NCBI RefSeq assembly: GCF_006345805.1
Contig: NC_043016.1
Span: 8,246,001 to 8,310,000 of the forward strand
Source of the DNA: Octopus sinensis
Taxonomy: Eukaryota
DNA length: 64,000 bases
Direction of reading: 5' to 3'
This document shows, in pieces, positions 50,611 through 63,524 of this stretch. The first letter of the stretch is position 1, and every line of letters starts with the position of its first letter. A program made the translations under genes and the position numbers. A model generated the notes under the pieces. That model did not search any database. It had not been told where the DNA came from and saw nothing but the letters and a program-made list of their open reading frames with translations.

Positions 50611-52332
50611 TCTGTTGACTCTCAAGTACTTGACTAGTATCAAGGCCATCCATCATAACAACATCATAGAGCACCACCCCCTACTCACCCACCGGTATAT
50701 CAGGGCACTGAGCCCTTTACTATGTATTGTAATTGATCGAAAGCCACAGTATAGAAGATAGATCAAATTCGGCCCCCAGATCCATGAGGTGCTCCCCCTC
50801 CCCGCCCAGATGAACCGAAGCACAGGGGCCTGTATATTTACTATCTCACAGTTATACATAGAGCAGAATTAGGTAGGTGCAAGGTATGAAGTTTGCTTCC
50901 CACTGCATGGTCCAGGTTCAGTCCCACTGCACAGCATCTTGGACAAGTGTCTTCTGCTTTAGCCACCAGGCCAACCAAAGAAATTGAGTGGATTCGGTAG
51001 ATGGAAATTGAAAAAAAAAAGTTTGTTGTGGATGTGTATGTATAAGTGTCCATCTTTGTGCTGTGTTTGTCCCTCCCCCTCCAACAGCATTTGACAACTG
51101 GTGTTGGTTTATTTATGTCCCAATAAGTTAGCAGTTCATCAAAGGAGATCGACATAATATGTATCAGGCTTTAAAAGACATGTACCGGGTCGATTTGTTC
51201 AACTAAACCTTTCAAAGTGGCTCCAGTCATGTCTGTGTGTGGCTTTGTATTAGAGTCTGTCCTTCCACCACTTGGCAACCGGTACTGGTTTGTTTACATC
51301 CCCATAACTTAGAAGTTTGGCATTTGAGATGGATAGAATAAATACCAAGCTTTGTTTTATCTTAAAAAATAAATAAATACTGGGGTTAATTTGCTCCACT
51401 AAAACCCTTCAAAATGGTGCCCCAGCATGGCCACAATTTAATGACTGAAACAAGTATTAGATAAAAGAGAATGAAAAAAAAAAAAGCATTAATGAAACCT
51501 CTCCTGGTCTGGTACTTTAATTATTGAATCCTGGAATGGCAAACAGCAAAGCTGACCTCGGAAAGATCTGAACTTAAGTGCAGACTGACAGCCTGAACAA
51601 GAACCACAAGGCATTGCACCAGTTGGATGCGCTAACCCAGTATGTTTGCCATTTTATTGGTTTTTATTTTTTGACAACTTCCATAAAATGAAAATATAAA
51701 AATAAAAAAAAAAAAGTACATTGTTTTGTTGTCACTGTCGTTGTAATTATATAAACTTTGTTTTTCATTCTTCCAGGTCAACGAACCTGGGTGGAGTAAA
51801 TTAGGCATACCACTCCCTCAAAATGTATGGCCTTGTTAGTTAGCACTGGCAATGTTATCAACGGGTGCAGAGTGGTGAAAAAAATTGTTGGTATTTAGTT
51901 ACGTTTCTTCTATATATCGTGAGTTCACACCCCAGTGGGGGTCAAACTCTACTTTTCCTCATCATCAGGGCGGGGGGGGGGACTCCGTAAAAATTAAAGA
52001 ACTAGTCAGAATACAGTCTTAAGGTTCGATCACACACTGGGCACTTGCCCGAGGGCTTCATCATGCTAGGAGCCTAATTCTGCTCTAAGTCTAATGTGAC
52101 TTAGTAAATAATACAAGCCCCTGTGCTTCGGTTTGTCCGGGTGGGGCGGGGTGGGGGTCCTCATGGATCTGGGGGCCGGATTTGATCTATCTATACCTTG
52201 ACTTTCGATCAATACAATAAATAGTATAGGACTCAGTGCACTGATTTACCAGGTGGCGGAGGGGGATGGTGGCTATGATGTTGTTATGATGGAATGGCCT
52301 TGATACTAGTCAAGTACTTGGGAGTCAACAGA
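50611..52332. mobile_element. Element bounded by ~260-bp diverged inverted repeats (foldback-like)
   Basis: 50611-50873 is the reverse complement of 52073-52332, e.g. TCTGTTGACTCTCAAGTACTTGACTAGTATCAAGGCCAT. The interior is mostly SINE remnants and no TSD was found. Confidence 0.8.
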
Positions 52333-53280
52333 ATTGATTTATTCTTCCCTGGCAAGTAGACAGAATCCTTACAGCTGTCGGAATTTCTTCGGAATTGCGC
52401 TAATTTTTTTCCACCTCATTTACGTTTTGTGTTCGAATCTCGCGGGGGTGAACTTTGCCCTTCGTTCCCTGGGAAAGGGGTGGGTGGGTGGCATTAATAA
52501 AATAAAGTACAACAACAACAATAATAATCCTCTCTACTGGAGGCACAAGGACTCAAATTTGTGGGGAGGGGGACTAGTCGATTATATCGACCCCAGTGCT
52601 TCACTGGTACTTAATTTATCAACCCCGAAAGGGTGAAAGGCAAAGTAAACTTCAGCGGAATAATAATAATAATAATAATTAAATGGCAAAAAAACTTATG
52701 TCCTAATACTTGTAAATATTGGTCTTATGTCTCCATATGAGATTATTATTTGGTAAGAAAAACAATCATATTTCCTGTCCAAAATCTTATAGGAGAATGT
52801 CTTGAAAGACATTTAAGAAAGACAAAACAACAAAAACAAAGGTATTTGTATATAAAAGAAAGACTTAATATCTATTTCTATTTGAAAATGAAAGTAATGG
52901 AAATTAAAGAGGCCGGGAAAAGTTTAAAGAGCATATTTAACAATAATAGTGTTGTGTCTTTAGAGAAGGAAAAAGGATGACAAACAACGGTTTAAAACAA
53001 AACAAAACGACGGGCATATATCTACACATTCCTCTCCCCATCCTCAGAAATGGATTTTTTCTTTTTTTTTTTTTGCAACAAATTTCGAAATAATCGGAAT
53101 CTAAACCATCTGACGCGTATTAGTAGAAAATTCCATTAAAAAATATCCATTTTTCTAAAAGCTATGAGGAAATAAAAACGACGGGGTGGGGTGGGGGTCG
53201 CTTGCATAGGTATGTTGAAAAAGAAATGAAGAATATTAGGCAGACAATGATAGGGAATGAGGAAGATAGAAGGAAATGAA

Positions 53281-53646
53281 GGGTGTGTGGTTAAGAAGCT
53301 GGCTTCTCAAAACATGTGGTTTTGGGTTCAATCCCAGAGCGTGATACCTTGGACAATTCTCTTTTGCTTATAGCCCTAGGCTAATCAAAGCCTTGCGAGT
53401 TGATTTGGTAAAAATGATAACTGAAAGAAGCCCGTCGTGTGTGTGTGTCTGTCTGTCATTGTGTTGTGTTTTTTCCCCAGCCAGCGCTTGACAACCAGTG
53501 CTGGTTTGTTTACGTCCCAGCAAGTCAGCAGTTCGGCAAAATAAATAAATAGGTTTAAGTATCAGGGGCACTTAGACCATCAACGAAACATTGGCCCGTG
53601 TCAGGCTTAAAAAAAAATCGAATACTGAAATGAGTAAAAAGATAAA
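53281..53646 (+). mobile_element. SINE family A (diverged)
   Basis: Head and tail are recognisable. Confidence 0.75.
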
Positions 53647-53647
53647 G

Positions 53648-53690
<43 letters not shown>

Positions 53691-54008
53691 ATATATGGAA
53701 GGAAGAAAGGAATGTAAAAAAAAAGGACGGGGAAAAAACAAGGAAGAAACAAGAACCAACGAAACGAAGACAACGAAAAGACGGAAGGAAGAATTAAGAC
53801 AGAAGAGAAAAGACAGGAAGAAAGAAGGATAAAAGGGAAGAGAAGACAAGGAAATACGACAGGATAGAAGACAAAAAAGGAGAGAGGAAAGATAGATAAG
53901 AAAACAAGAGAGAGAGAGAGAGAGAGAGAGAATAGTTGAAGATGAATAAGAGAGGAAGAGATAGATACAGAGTGTAAGAGAGAGAGAGAGAGAGAACGTG
54001 TTACTTAC

Positions 54009-54114
54009 CTCCTGCTTTCCGGATAACGCGTAAGTCCAGGCCTTGATGGGAATCATGGAAGTTGGCAGATTTTTTTTTATTTAATGAGAGATCAACAGGT
54101 TCTGTCTGTACAGG
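54009..54114 (-). CDS. KLF8/12-like: Internal coding exon of a KLF3/8/12-like transcriptional repressor (CtBP-binding PVDLS motif)
   Basis: Acceptor TTTCCTTTTGCAG| and donor GAG|GTAAGT. The 106-nt exon is open in phase 0: PVQTEPVDLSLNKKKSANFHDSHQGLDLRVIRKAG. QTEPVDLS.NK matches the recalled KLF12 motif. The zinc fingers are not in the window, so family assignment is inferred. Confidence 0.75.
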
Positions 54115-54448
54115 CTGCAAAAGGAAATTGATTCGCATATAATAAATGTGGAAATATGAATGAATATATATATATATATATATATATCAATATATATCGA
54201 TATATCATGTGTGTATGTACATTTATATGTGTATGTATGTATGTATATTTGCACGTACATATATTGAAATAAATTATTATACACATATATTCAACAAGAC
54301 TTCATACACACACATATATAAACAACTGCTACAAATATTTTCGGAGTTTTATATAAAAAAGAAAAAAACTTGATTTGTTTTGTTTATCAAAATCACACAC
54401 ACACACACACACACTCGCAAAAACTTAATTATGTAAACACACGAATCT

Positions 54449-54485
<37 letters not shown>

Positions 54486-54823
54486 CACATATAAGATATT
54501 TTAGATGCTATATATATCAAATTATATACATATATATTACAACACGATCATAATCAGATATGTTAGTTTTAGATAGGAAAGAAAAAAAAATATGCTTAAA
54601 CCATTTCTCCGTGTTCCACAGCTGTGTGTAGGGTGAATAAATGTGTGTGTGTATTGTGTATATATATATATATAGATATAGATGTATGGAAATGTATGCG
54701 AACACATATAATCTACGTAGATACCGTGCGTATATGTATGAGTGTTTTGCGCGCGCGCTGCCTCGCGTGTGCGTGAGTGAGTGAGTGAGTGTACGAGTGA
54801 GTGTGAGTGTGTGAGTGAGTGCG

Positions 54824-54858
<35 letters not shown>

Positions 54859-54896
54859 GCTTGTTTATAGTTTTAAATTTATTTACTCGCACTTAC

Positions 54897-55100
54897 TGTC
54901 ATAAATAATGCATTTCGTGCACTGTTGCTGGTGATGGCGGAGGAGGCGGCGGCGGCGATGCTGCTGCTGCCGCCGGCGGCAGCAGCAGCAGCAGAGTCAA
55001 CTGCAGCAGCAGCAGCGGCGGCGGCAGCGAAAGCAGCGGCAGCAGGAAAAGCCAGTGCTTTATAAACAAGTTTGGGATTGGTCTCTATTCCCAGAATCAT
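54897..55100 (-). CDS. KLF8/12-like: Probable first coding exon of the same gene (poly-Ala N-terminus)
   Basis: GC-rich island with ORF MILGIETNPKLVYKALAFPAAAA...SARNALFMT ending at ACA|GTAAGT in phase 0, in frame with the 54114 acceptor. The start could instead be the Met at 54902. Confidence 0.65.
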
Positions 55101-56646
55101 ATCCAGAAGGAACGAAAAAAAAAAAACAAACAAAACGGAACGAGACGTGAGGGGGGGGGAAGGATGGAGGGGAGGGGTAAAAAAAAAAAGACCGAACGAA
55201 AAAAAAAAAGGAAAACCCCCCCGCAACAGACACCTCCCCCCTTTTTCTTTTCCTTTTTTTCCTTAAGTGGTGACCCCAGTGCATATAGAGGGAGATGTTA
55301 TTATTATTGTTGTATCTGTCGAAGTAGAGAATATCCACAAAGAATGGTGTGTGTAGTTGAAGAGAGGAGAACAACAACACAACCTCAGCGATGTATACAT
55401 GTTACTTGTCTGTCAGGTAAGCATTTGTGCCAGTGTGTGAACGAGAGAATGTATGATGAATATGTGCGTGTAAATAAATATATATAAATATATATGTGTG
55501 TGTGTGTAGGCTGTGTACGTTGACGTTGATGTCTTTGAGGTGTGGACGTGTTGTCTGGGGGTGTGGTATGAAGTGCGTGTGTGTGTGTGTGTGGTTGTAT
55601 GTATGTAAATGTGTGTGTGTGAGAGGGGAAAAAGAGAGAGAGAGAGAGAGAGAGATTGTATCCTGTATTCTCGTCCGTGCATGCGTATGACTGACTATTA
55701 TACACCGCCGGTCTCTTTTTGTCTTGTGTAGGTGGTGTTGTTGCTGTTCTATTTGTTGTTGTTGTTACTCAAGGTCAATTCTGATCGAGCGGACCTACGA
55801 ACGTCAAAGACGAGACGTTCTAGCCATGACCATCCCGTCTTTTATTATCTAGTTGTTTATCCGCTTTTTTTCCCCCCCCTTTATAAGGAGACGGTACAGT
55901 GAGATAGATGTTATAGGGGAGATATCCAGCTGCTGTTTCTAGCACGTTAGAGGCACCCTAAAAAAACCCAAAAAAAAAACGTGATAACGATGACACCGAC
56001 GGTAATGTCGGTGAGACCCGTATTGGTTTTGACACATTGCTTGTTTTCCTTTAACACCAGCTCGGCTACGATTATTAATTAAGCAGACCTGTGATGTACA
56101 AACAGTGTTCCAAACAGGACCACCACGTCTTTCAGTCGAGCATCGTATCGTATTATACCTAACACTAGGTTATCCAAGTGGTGTGCATGTAGTTAGTCTT
56201 TCTTAGTTACCGGATTGTTTCAGTACTTCGTGATGTTGGCAGGGTTAAAGATTTAAAAGGAAGCCTGGCTGCTATTTCTAGCAGGGCGAGCTGCGGCCAC
56301 TCAGAGAGAGAGAGAAAGAGAGACTCCCTTCTCGTTTCTGTATGTGTAATTGCGAGTTGGTGTAGTAGTTAGTTATTGCAGTGCACTAGTGTGGGTGTGA
56401 ATTACACACATATGTATATACATATATATACACGCGCACACACACACGCACGCATTGAGGTGGTGTGTCGTGTACATATCTCCTGTTTAAGAAGTGAGTG
56501 AGTGAATAGAACTCCAAAGCAATGACCACATGTAAAGTAACTAACATCGGTGTTAGAGCAGAGCTACCATAACCGACATACCACTACAACTACCACCGCA
56601 ACTAGTTCAGAATAAAGCAACACAGGTGTGTGTGTGTGTGTGTGCG

Positions 56647-56679
<33 letters not shown>

Positions 56680-57384
56680 GCGTGCGTATGTATATATATA
56701 TATATATGTATGTATGTATGAGAAAGAAAAAGATTAAAACGAGATAAAAAGTAGGTACAGAGAGAGAAAGAGACAGGACATAGAAGTTGAGTTGTGTGGA
56801 GAGAGAGAGAGGGCAAGAGAGAAAGGAAGAATGGCAGAGACGGGGGAGGGACAAAGAAAGGAGGAGGAGGAAGAGGAATGACAGAGGTCTACGTCTGCTA
56901 ACAACAACAACAAAATACGGGAGACAATCAACTAGTGGACTGGTCCATTAGGGAAGGACAGGTGGTGACAGCCGTTAAGACAGTGTCATTAACGATAAGA
57001 CGTTGCGGACAGGATAAGACAGGACAGGACTGGGAAGAAGGGGAAGAAGAAGAGAGAGAAAAGAGGGTGGGGCGGGAAAGGAATGCGTGTTTTTAAGGTG
57101 ATGGTGGATGGTGGAGGAGCCGAAAACAAAAATATACAGGTTTTCTGTTGGTGGTGAGTGAAAAGTAAAAATGTGATGGATAACATTGACGTTAGACCTA
57201 TGGTGGTGGCGTTAGAGTGACATATTGGGAGGAAGATTGATTGTGTGCGTGTGCATAGTCAGTGTACGTATGTGTTTGTCTGTGTGCGCATAGCGAATGT
57301 ATATATGCGTGTGTGTGTGTGTGTGTGTACCGTGACATGACAACGTATGTATGAGACGCTTGTATGTTTGTATGTATATATATG

Positions 57385-57801
57385 TTATTTCTCTACTACC
57401 CACAAGGGGCTAATCACAGAGGGGACAAACAAGGACAGATAAACGGATTAAGTCGATTACATCGACCCCAGTGCGTAACTGGTACTTAATTTATCGACCC
57501 CGAAATGATGAAAGGCAAAGTCGACCTCGGCGGAATTTGAACTCGGAACGTAACGACAGACGAAATACCTATTTCTTTACTGCCCACAAGGGCCTACACA
57601 CAGAGAGGACAATCAAGGACAGACAAACGGATTAAGTCGATTACATCGAACCCAGTGCGCAACTGGCACTTAATTTATCGACCCCGAAAGGATGAAAAGC
57701 AAAGTCGGCCTCGGCGGAATTTGAACTCGGAACGTAGCGGCAGACGAAATACGGCTACGCATTTCGCCCGGTGCGCTAACGTTTCTGCCAGCTCGCCGCC
57801 T
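57385..57801 (-). mobile_element. SINE family C with a duplicated body (dimer)
   Basis: Full head at 57801 and the same junction as at 44617 (CGAAATACC|TATTTCTTT at 57569). Confidence 0.9.
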
Positions 57802-58385
57802 TATGTGTGTGTGTGTGTGTGTACCGTTACTTGACAACGTATGTATGAGACGCATGTATGTTTGTATGTATGTATATATGTGTGTGTATACGATATGACA
57901 TCGTTATGTGAGACGTAAGCGTGTTATGTTTTCATGCATTCGTATATAACTATGCGTCTGCATATCCAGAAAAGAGAGAAATGGGATATTTATTACACAA
58001 GTGAGACGGTTTGTAAACACACGGGCATTCTTTCTTTTATGCACACACAAATCTCAGGAGTATATACAGGATACCATTCTATTTATTATTTCTCATGGTC
58101 AAATTAATTGTAGAACACTTTTAATGAATCGTTTACATGAATTTAAAGTGCTTTGTAAAATTCAAATATTGTAAAATATAGTAAGCACAATATCCACTCC
58201 TTTATATTCTAAGCTTTTTTTTTTTATTTTAACATATCTTTCCAAATAGAAACGTCTCAGAAAGACGGGATTTTTCTTCTTCTTCTTTTGTGTATAAATG
58301 CCCTCATTTTGTACTCCCTGTATGTTCCAGTGATTTTAAATTCAATAGCTTGTGGTCAGCTGAAATTTATAGTTATGTTATGTTG

Positions 58386-58432
<47 letters not shown>

Positions 58433-58638
58433 ATCAACTGAAAAAATGAGTAGCTACAGAAACATATAGATGTCCCAGAAGTTTACGATTAGGTAAATAT
58501 ATGCCTATTTTGTTCATTTAGATGTGTCTGAAAGAGAAGTTGTGTGCATATATAAAGGAGAGAGAGAAAAAAAGATGAAATATGAATGTAAGAGATGGAA
58601 TGTGCACATAAGACTAAGAGATGTTGCATGTATATATA

Positions 58639-58676
<38 letters not shown>

Positions 58677-58682
58677 TGTATG

Positions 58683-58735
<53 letters not shown>

Positions 58736-58740
58736 GTATG

Positions 58741-58775
<35 letters not shown>

Positions 58776-59027
58776 ATATATATATATATTATGTGTTGTG
58801 TGTAAGAAAGGAGAGAGAGAGAGGAGAAAATACTGAAGAGGAAGATACATAGAAGAGAAGACAAATAAACAGAGCAGGGAAAGAGAGACAAGAGGGGAGA
58901 ATTAATTAAAAAAACCATAGAAAAGGAGGAAGAATGGGAGAAGATACATGAAAATCCCAAAGGAAATAAAGGAAGAACTATTTGTAAGTCTGGCCAGAAG
59001 TGGAGAGGGAGGTGGTATAGAACATTA

Positions 59028-59040
59028 TATGTCTGTCTGT

Positions 59041-59086
<46 letters not shown>

Positions 59087-59152
59087 CTGTTTATCATCTA
59101 TCTATCTATCTCTGTCTATCTATCTATCTCTATCTATCTATCTCTGTTTATC

Positions 59153-59208
<56 letters not shown>

Positions 59209-59265
59209 CTGTCTATCTATCTATCTATCTCTCTATCTATCTCTGTCTATCTATCTATCTATCTA

Positions 59266-59338
<73 letters not shown>

Positions 59339-59372
59339 GTCTATCTATTTATCTATCTATCTTATCTATCTA
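59028..59372. repeat. (TATC)n/(TC)n/(TA)n compound microsatellite
   Basis: Directly visible. Confidence 0.95.
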
Positions 59373-59494
59373 GATGGATGGATGGATAGACAAACAGACA
59401 GATAGCTAGATCAATAGATATACACATGAGTTAATGTTTGTGGTGAGGAAACGAAGTGTTTTAAATCAAACAATGTAAGATATTATATATATAT

Positions 59495-59542
<48 letters not shown>

Positions 59543-60008
59543 GCAGTGTAACTTAAAGACTATGCTTGAGTGCATACAAAGTGTGCATGCACGCAAACGG
59601 AGTAATGTGCATTATCAACAATAGATGTATGAGCAGTTGAGCACGTTTCAAGTGTGTGTTGCGTTTATGATGTCTACATGTGTGTGTGAATATATAAATG
59701 CATACACATACATGCATATGTGTGTGTGTGTGCATGTTGCGCTGTGCAGACTATTGTTTTGCATCTACGAGCACGTACAAGTGCACGATAGAAGTTAAAA
59801 GCCAAATATATAAAATGGATGTATATGTATGGTATATCAAATCGTGTGCAATGAATATGTAAATGTAAGTTAGATCAGGTGTAAAAAACCTGTTTAATGT
59901 AAGCGCATTAATAGATAGACAATGTGTGTGTGTGTGCGCACACGCATGCACACAGATATTTCTGTAATGAAGAGTAAAATAAATATCAGTTTCACCACTT
60001 GCTAGTAT

Positions 60009-60399
60009 AGTGGCTGTGTGGTAAGTAGTTTGCTAACCAACCACATGGTTCCGGTTCAGTCCCACTGCGTGGCATCTTGGGCAAGTGTCTTCTGCTATAA
60101 GGCCCGGTCGACCAATGCCTTGTGAGTGGATTTGGTAGACGGAAACTGAAAGAAGCCTGTCGTATATATGTACATATATATATATATATGTGTGTGTGTA
60201 TGTGTTGTTTGTCCCCATAGCATTGCTTGACAACCGATGCTGGTGTGTTTATGTCCCCGTCACTTAGCAGTTCGGCAAAAGAGACCGATAGAAAGTACTG
60301 GACTTACAAAGAATAAGTCCCGGGGCCGATTTTCTCGACTAAAGCGGTGCTCCAGCATGGCCGCAGTCAAATGACTGAAACAAGTAAAAGAGTAAAGAG
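60009..60399 (+). mobile_element. SINE family A
   Basis: Consensus match. Confidence 0.9.
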
Positions 60400-60476
60400 A
60401 TATATATATGTGTGTGTGAGTAGAAGGTTGAAAAAGAACACACGAGTTGATATATAAATACGTATGGAAAAAAGTC

Positions 60477-60747
60477 AAGGTAGAAAATGCTAAAATAATT
60501 TTATAAAAAATGACCTCGAACCCACAAGAGTAAACAAGTGAGACACAGACAGACAGGCAGAAACAAGGAAAACGCCTCTTTGCCCATTGTATTTGAATAC
60601 TATGCAAATATTCTCTTAAAATACTTTTCATTTAATTTCTCCAAAATTTAATTGTTTTCCATACTTACAGCTGAAAAAGTCTCAATGTCCAAAACCGGAC
60701 TGGTACTGAAATGTTTTTTATAAAATTATTTTAGCATTTTCTACCTT
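60477..60747. repeat. 34-bp perfect inverted repeat with ~200-bp spacer
   Basis: AAGGTAGAAAATGCTAAAATAATTTTATAAAAAA / TTTTTTATAAAATTATTTTAGCATTTTCTACCTT. Confidence 0.85.
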
Positions 60748-60767
60748 AATTTTTTTTTTCCATATAT

Positions 60768-61280
60768 ATCATCATCATCATCATCATCATCGTTTAACGT
60801 CCGTTTTCCATGCTAGCATGGGTTGGACGGTTCAGCCGAGTCCTGGGAAACCAGGAGGCTGCACCACACTTCAGTCTGATCTGGCAGTGTTTCTACAGCT
60901 GGATGCCCTTCCTAATACCAATCACCCCGTGAATGTAGTGGGTGCTTTTTACGTGCCACTGGCAATGGCCACGTTCGGATGGTTCTTTTATGTCACTGGT
61001 ATCACAACTACAATTTCCATTGATTTTTGATTGATTTCGATTTCACTCGCCTCAACAGGTCTTCGCAAGCAGAGCTTTGTGTCCCCAGAAGGAAAAGTAT
61101 GCATAAGTAGGCTGGTTACACCCCTGGCATAGGCCACGGGTTATGGTCTCACTTGGCTTGCTGGGTCTTCTCAAGTACAGCATATTTCCAAAGGTCTCAG
61201 TCACTAGTCATTGCCTCGGTGAGACCTAATGTTTGAAGGTCGTGCTTCACCACCTCATCCCAGGTTTTCCTGGGTCTACT
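60768..61280 (-). mobile_element. SINE-like family B, long copy
   Basis: (CAT)n tail. Extends further 5' than the other copies, and a diverged relative lies at 61568-61975. Confidence 0.8.
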
Positions 61281-61481
61281 TCTCTCTCTCTGTATATATA
61301 TGCTTGTTTATGGTGTTACACAGTGGAATTGAACCTGGAATCTCGTGGTTGGGAAGAAAACTTTAACATACAGCCATATATATATATATATATAATTTCT
61401 GGACAGTGAATTTCATAACAAAGCTATGAATAACAGTGTAAATATTGGATTAAGAAACCCTTTGCATAGTAAAGTAGAAGG

Positions 61482-61545
61482 CTTCCATGGGGCTTGAACT
61501 CACTCTCCGGTAAACATGACAGGTTGTTTACCACTGGACTAAAAG
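61482..61545 (-). pseudogene. Degenerate tRNA-like sequence (Asp-like, GTC) or SINE head
   Basis: Minus strand TAGTCCAGTGGTAAA..CCTGTCATG..GAGTTCAAGCCCC has A/B-box-like motifs but no full cloverleaf. Confidence 0.3.
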
Positions 61546-62182
61546 TATTGTATCATGAATATATCATAATCATCATTGTTTAACATCTGCTTTCCATGTT
61601 GGCATGGGTTGGATGGTTTGACATGGAGTCGGCCAGCTGGGGAAGCTGTTCAGTCTACAATTGTCTGCTGTGGCATGGTTTCTATGGCTGGATGCTCTTC
61701 CGAATGCCATCCATTTAATAGAGTGTGCTGGGTGCTTTTATTTCACATGCTGCCGGCACAGGTGTGTTCATGGAGCACCAGCACAAATGCTTTTCATGTG
61801 GCACCCAGCACCTAAAAGGACAAACATGTATGTATGGAAAACAGTGATTTTATTTAGCTCGATGAATCCCCTGGTCCCTTGTCACTTCCTCAGTGAGGCC
61901 CAGCATCTGAAGATCTTTTCTCACAACACTTTGCCCCATTTCTTCCTGGATCTACCACTTCCACAGGTTCCCTCCATATACCATAAAAAGTCAGGAGGTG
62001 TGAGAGATGAATATATTTATTTTACCACTTGGATTTCAGCTGCATAGAACTTTGCATTGGTCTGTGTGGTCTGCTAGAGGACCTTTTTGGTGATAGCCAC
62101 ATGATTCTATAGATTCTCATCTCACACTACAAATTTATATATATATATATATATATATCTATATATATATATATATATATTT

Positions 62183-62594
62183 AGGCGCAGGAGTGGCTGT
62201 GTGGTAAGTAGCTTGCTTACCAACCGCATAGTCCTGGGTTTAGTCCCACTGCGTGGCACCTTGGGCAAGTGTCTTCTACTATAGCCTCAGGCCGACTAAA
62301 AGCTTTGTGAGTGGATTTGGAAGACGGAAACTGGAAGAAGCCCATCGTATATATATATATATATGTATGTATGTACGTGTGCGTATATGTTTGTGTGTCT
62401 GTGTTTGTCCCCCCCAACATCGCTTGACAACAGATGCTGGTGTGTTTACGTCCCCGTAACTTAGCAGTTTGGCAAAAAAGACCGATAGAATAAGTACTAG
62501 GCTTACAAAGAATAAGTTCTGTGGTGAATTTGCTTGACTAAAGGCGGTGCTCTAGCATGGCCACAATCAAGTAACTGAAACAAGTAAAAGAGTA
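62183..62594 (+). mobile_element. SINE family A, full length
   Basis: Consensus match. Confidence 0.9.
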
Positions 62595-63524
62595 ATATAT
62601 ATATATATATTATTATTATTAGTTAATGTACGATATAGACCAGGTAGTTTACTGGTAAAACACATTCACTGACTCAATGTTCATTGGGTATTTGATTAAT
62701 GAGAAAGATGGAAGATAGGTGAATCTTTATTGATTACTACAATTGTTTTGACCCATCTAGCATTGATTCCACATGGGTGAGATACTGAACATCTGGTTTA
62801 GGTGTAGCTGTCAGTGTAGATGTGTTTCTTCGGGTGATTTTAAAAGGTTTCCCATTAAAACAAGCTCTGTTTTGCAAGATTTCTTTTTGGTCTTTGTATA
62901 TATAAAATGGCAAATTAAGTACACAGCTTCATACTTATAGAAGATCCATAACAAATATCAGATACAAACAATTTATAGGTACAAGATAAAAGGAAAATAA
63001 TAATTAACACCTGCTGCATCTCACCCAACCCTGGCATCCCCAACAAAAATCCTTAATGATGAAAATTTGGTGAGACTGGAATCCCAGCTAAAGCCTAATT
63101 GCTTCTCTCTTTGCAAAGCAGGGATAGAATTTAAGCCACAGGTAGCCATGCAATCTGTTGCACCATTACACTCTCATACACACGAATATCTTGCACACAT
63201 ATGGAATCACAAAGACAGAAATAGTAACATAAATATAAAAGCCAGCAAGGAAGCTTCTGCATGCTAGCCTGGTTTACTAGAAATAGAAGATCATGTGCTA
63301 CTGTCTTTGAAAAAAAAGGTGGAGACATTGGCTAATTAATGTAGTCTTAGATATATAGTATGTCAGAATGAAGAAAAATGAAAATAAATTTGAGATGATC
63401 ATGGTTAGAACACTTTTTAAAATTTTTTAATTTTTAATTGTTATTAGCCTACTAGATCATCAGTAAAGGAACTAGACCAGTTAAAATTTCTTTTTTTTTT
63501 TTGTCCATTGAGAGTAGCTGTTTA

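Noticed and set aside
53607-54056. ORF MIPIKAWTYALSGKQE... as a first exon
   Set aside because: It is an alternative frame of the PVDLS exon. The other frame has a matching acceptor, phase and a known motif.
55260-55420. Promoter elements and a plus-strand CAG|GTAAGC donor for a divergent transcript
   Set aside because: Isolated short motifs are not enough without transcript data.
62700-62825. Minus-strand AAAACAATTGTA palindrome as another hammerhead
   Set aside because: No CUGANGA-like box at the correct position.
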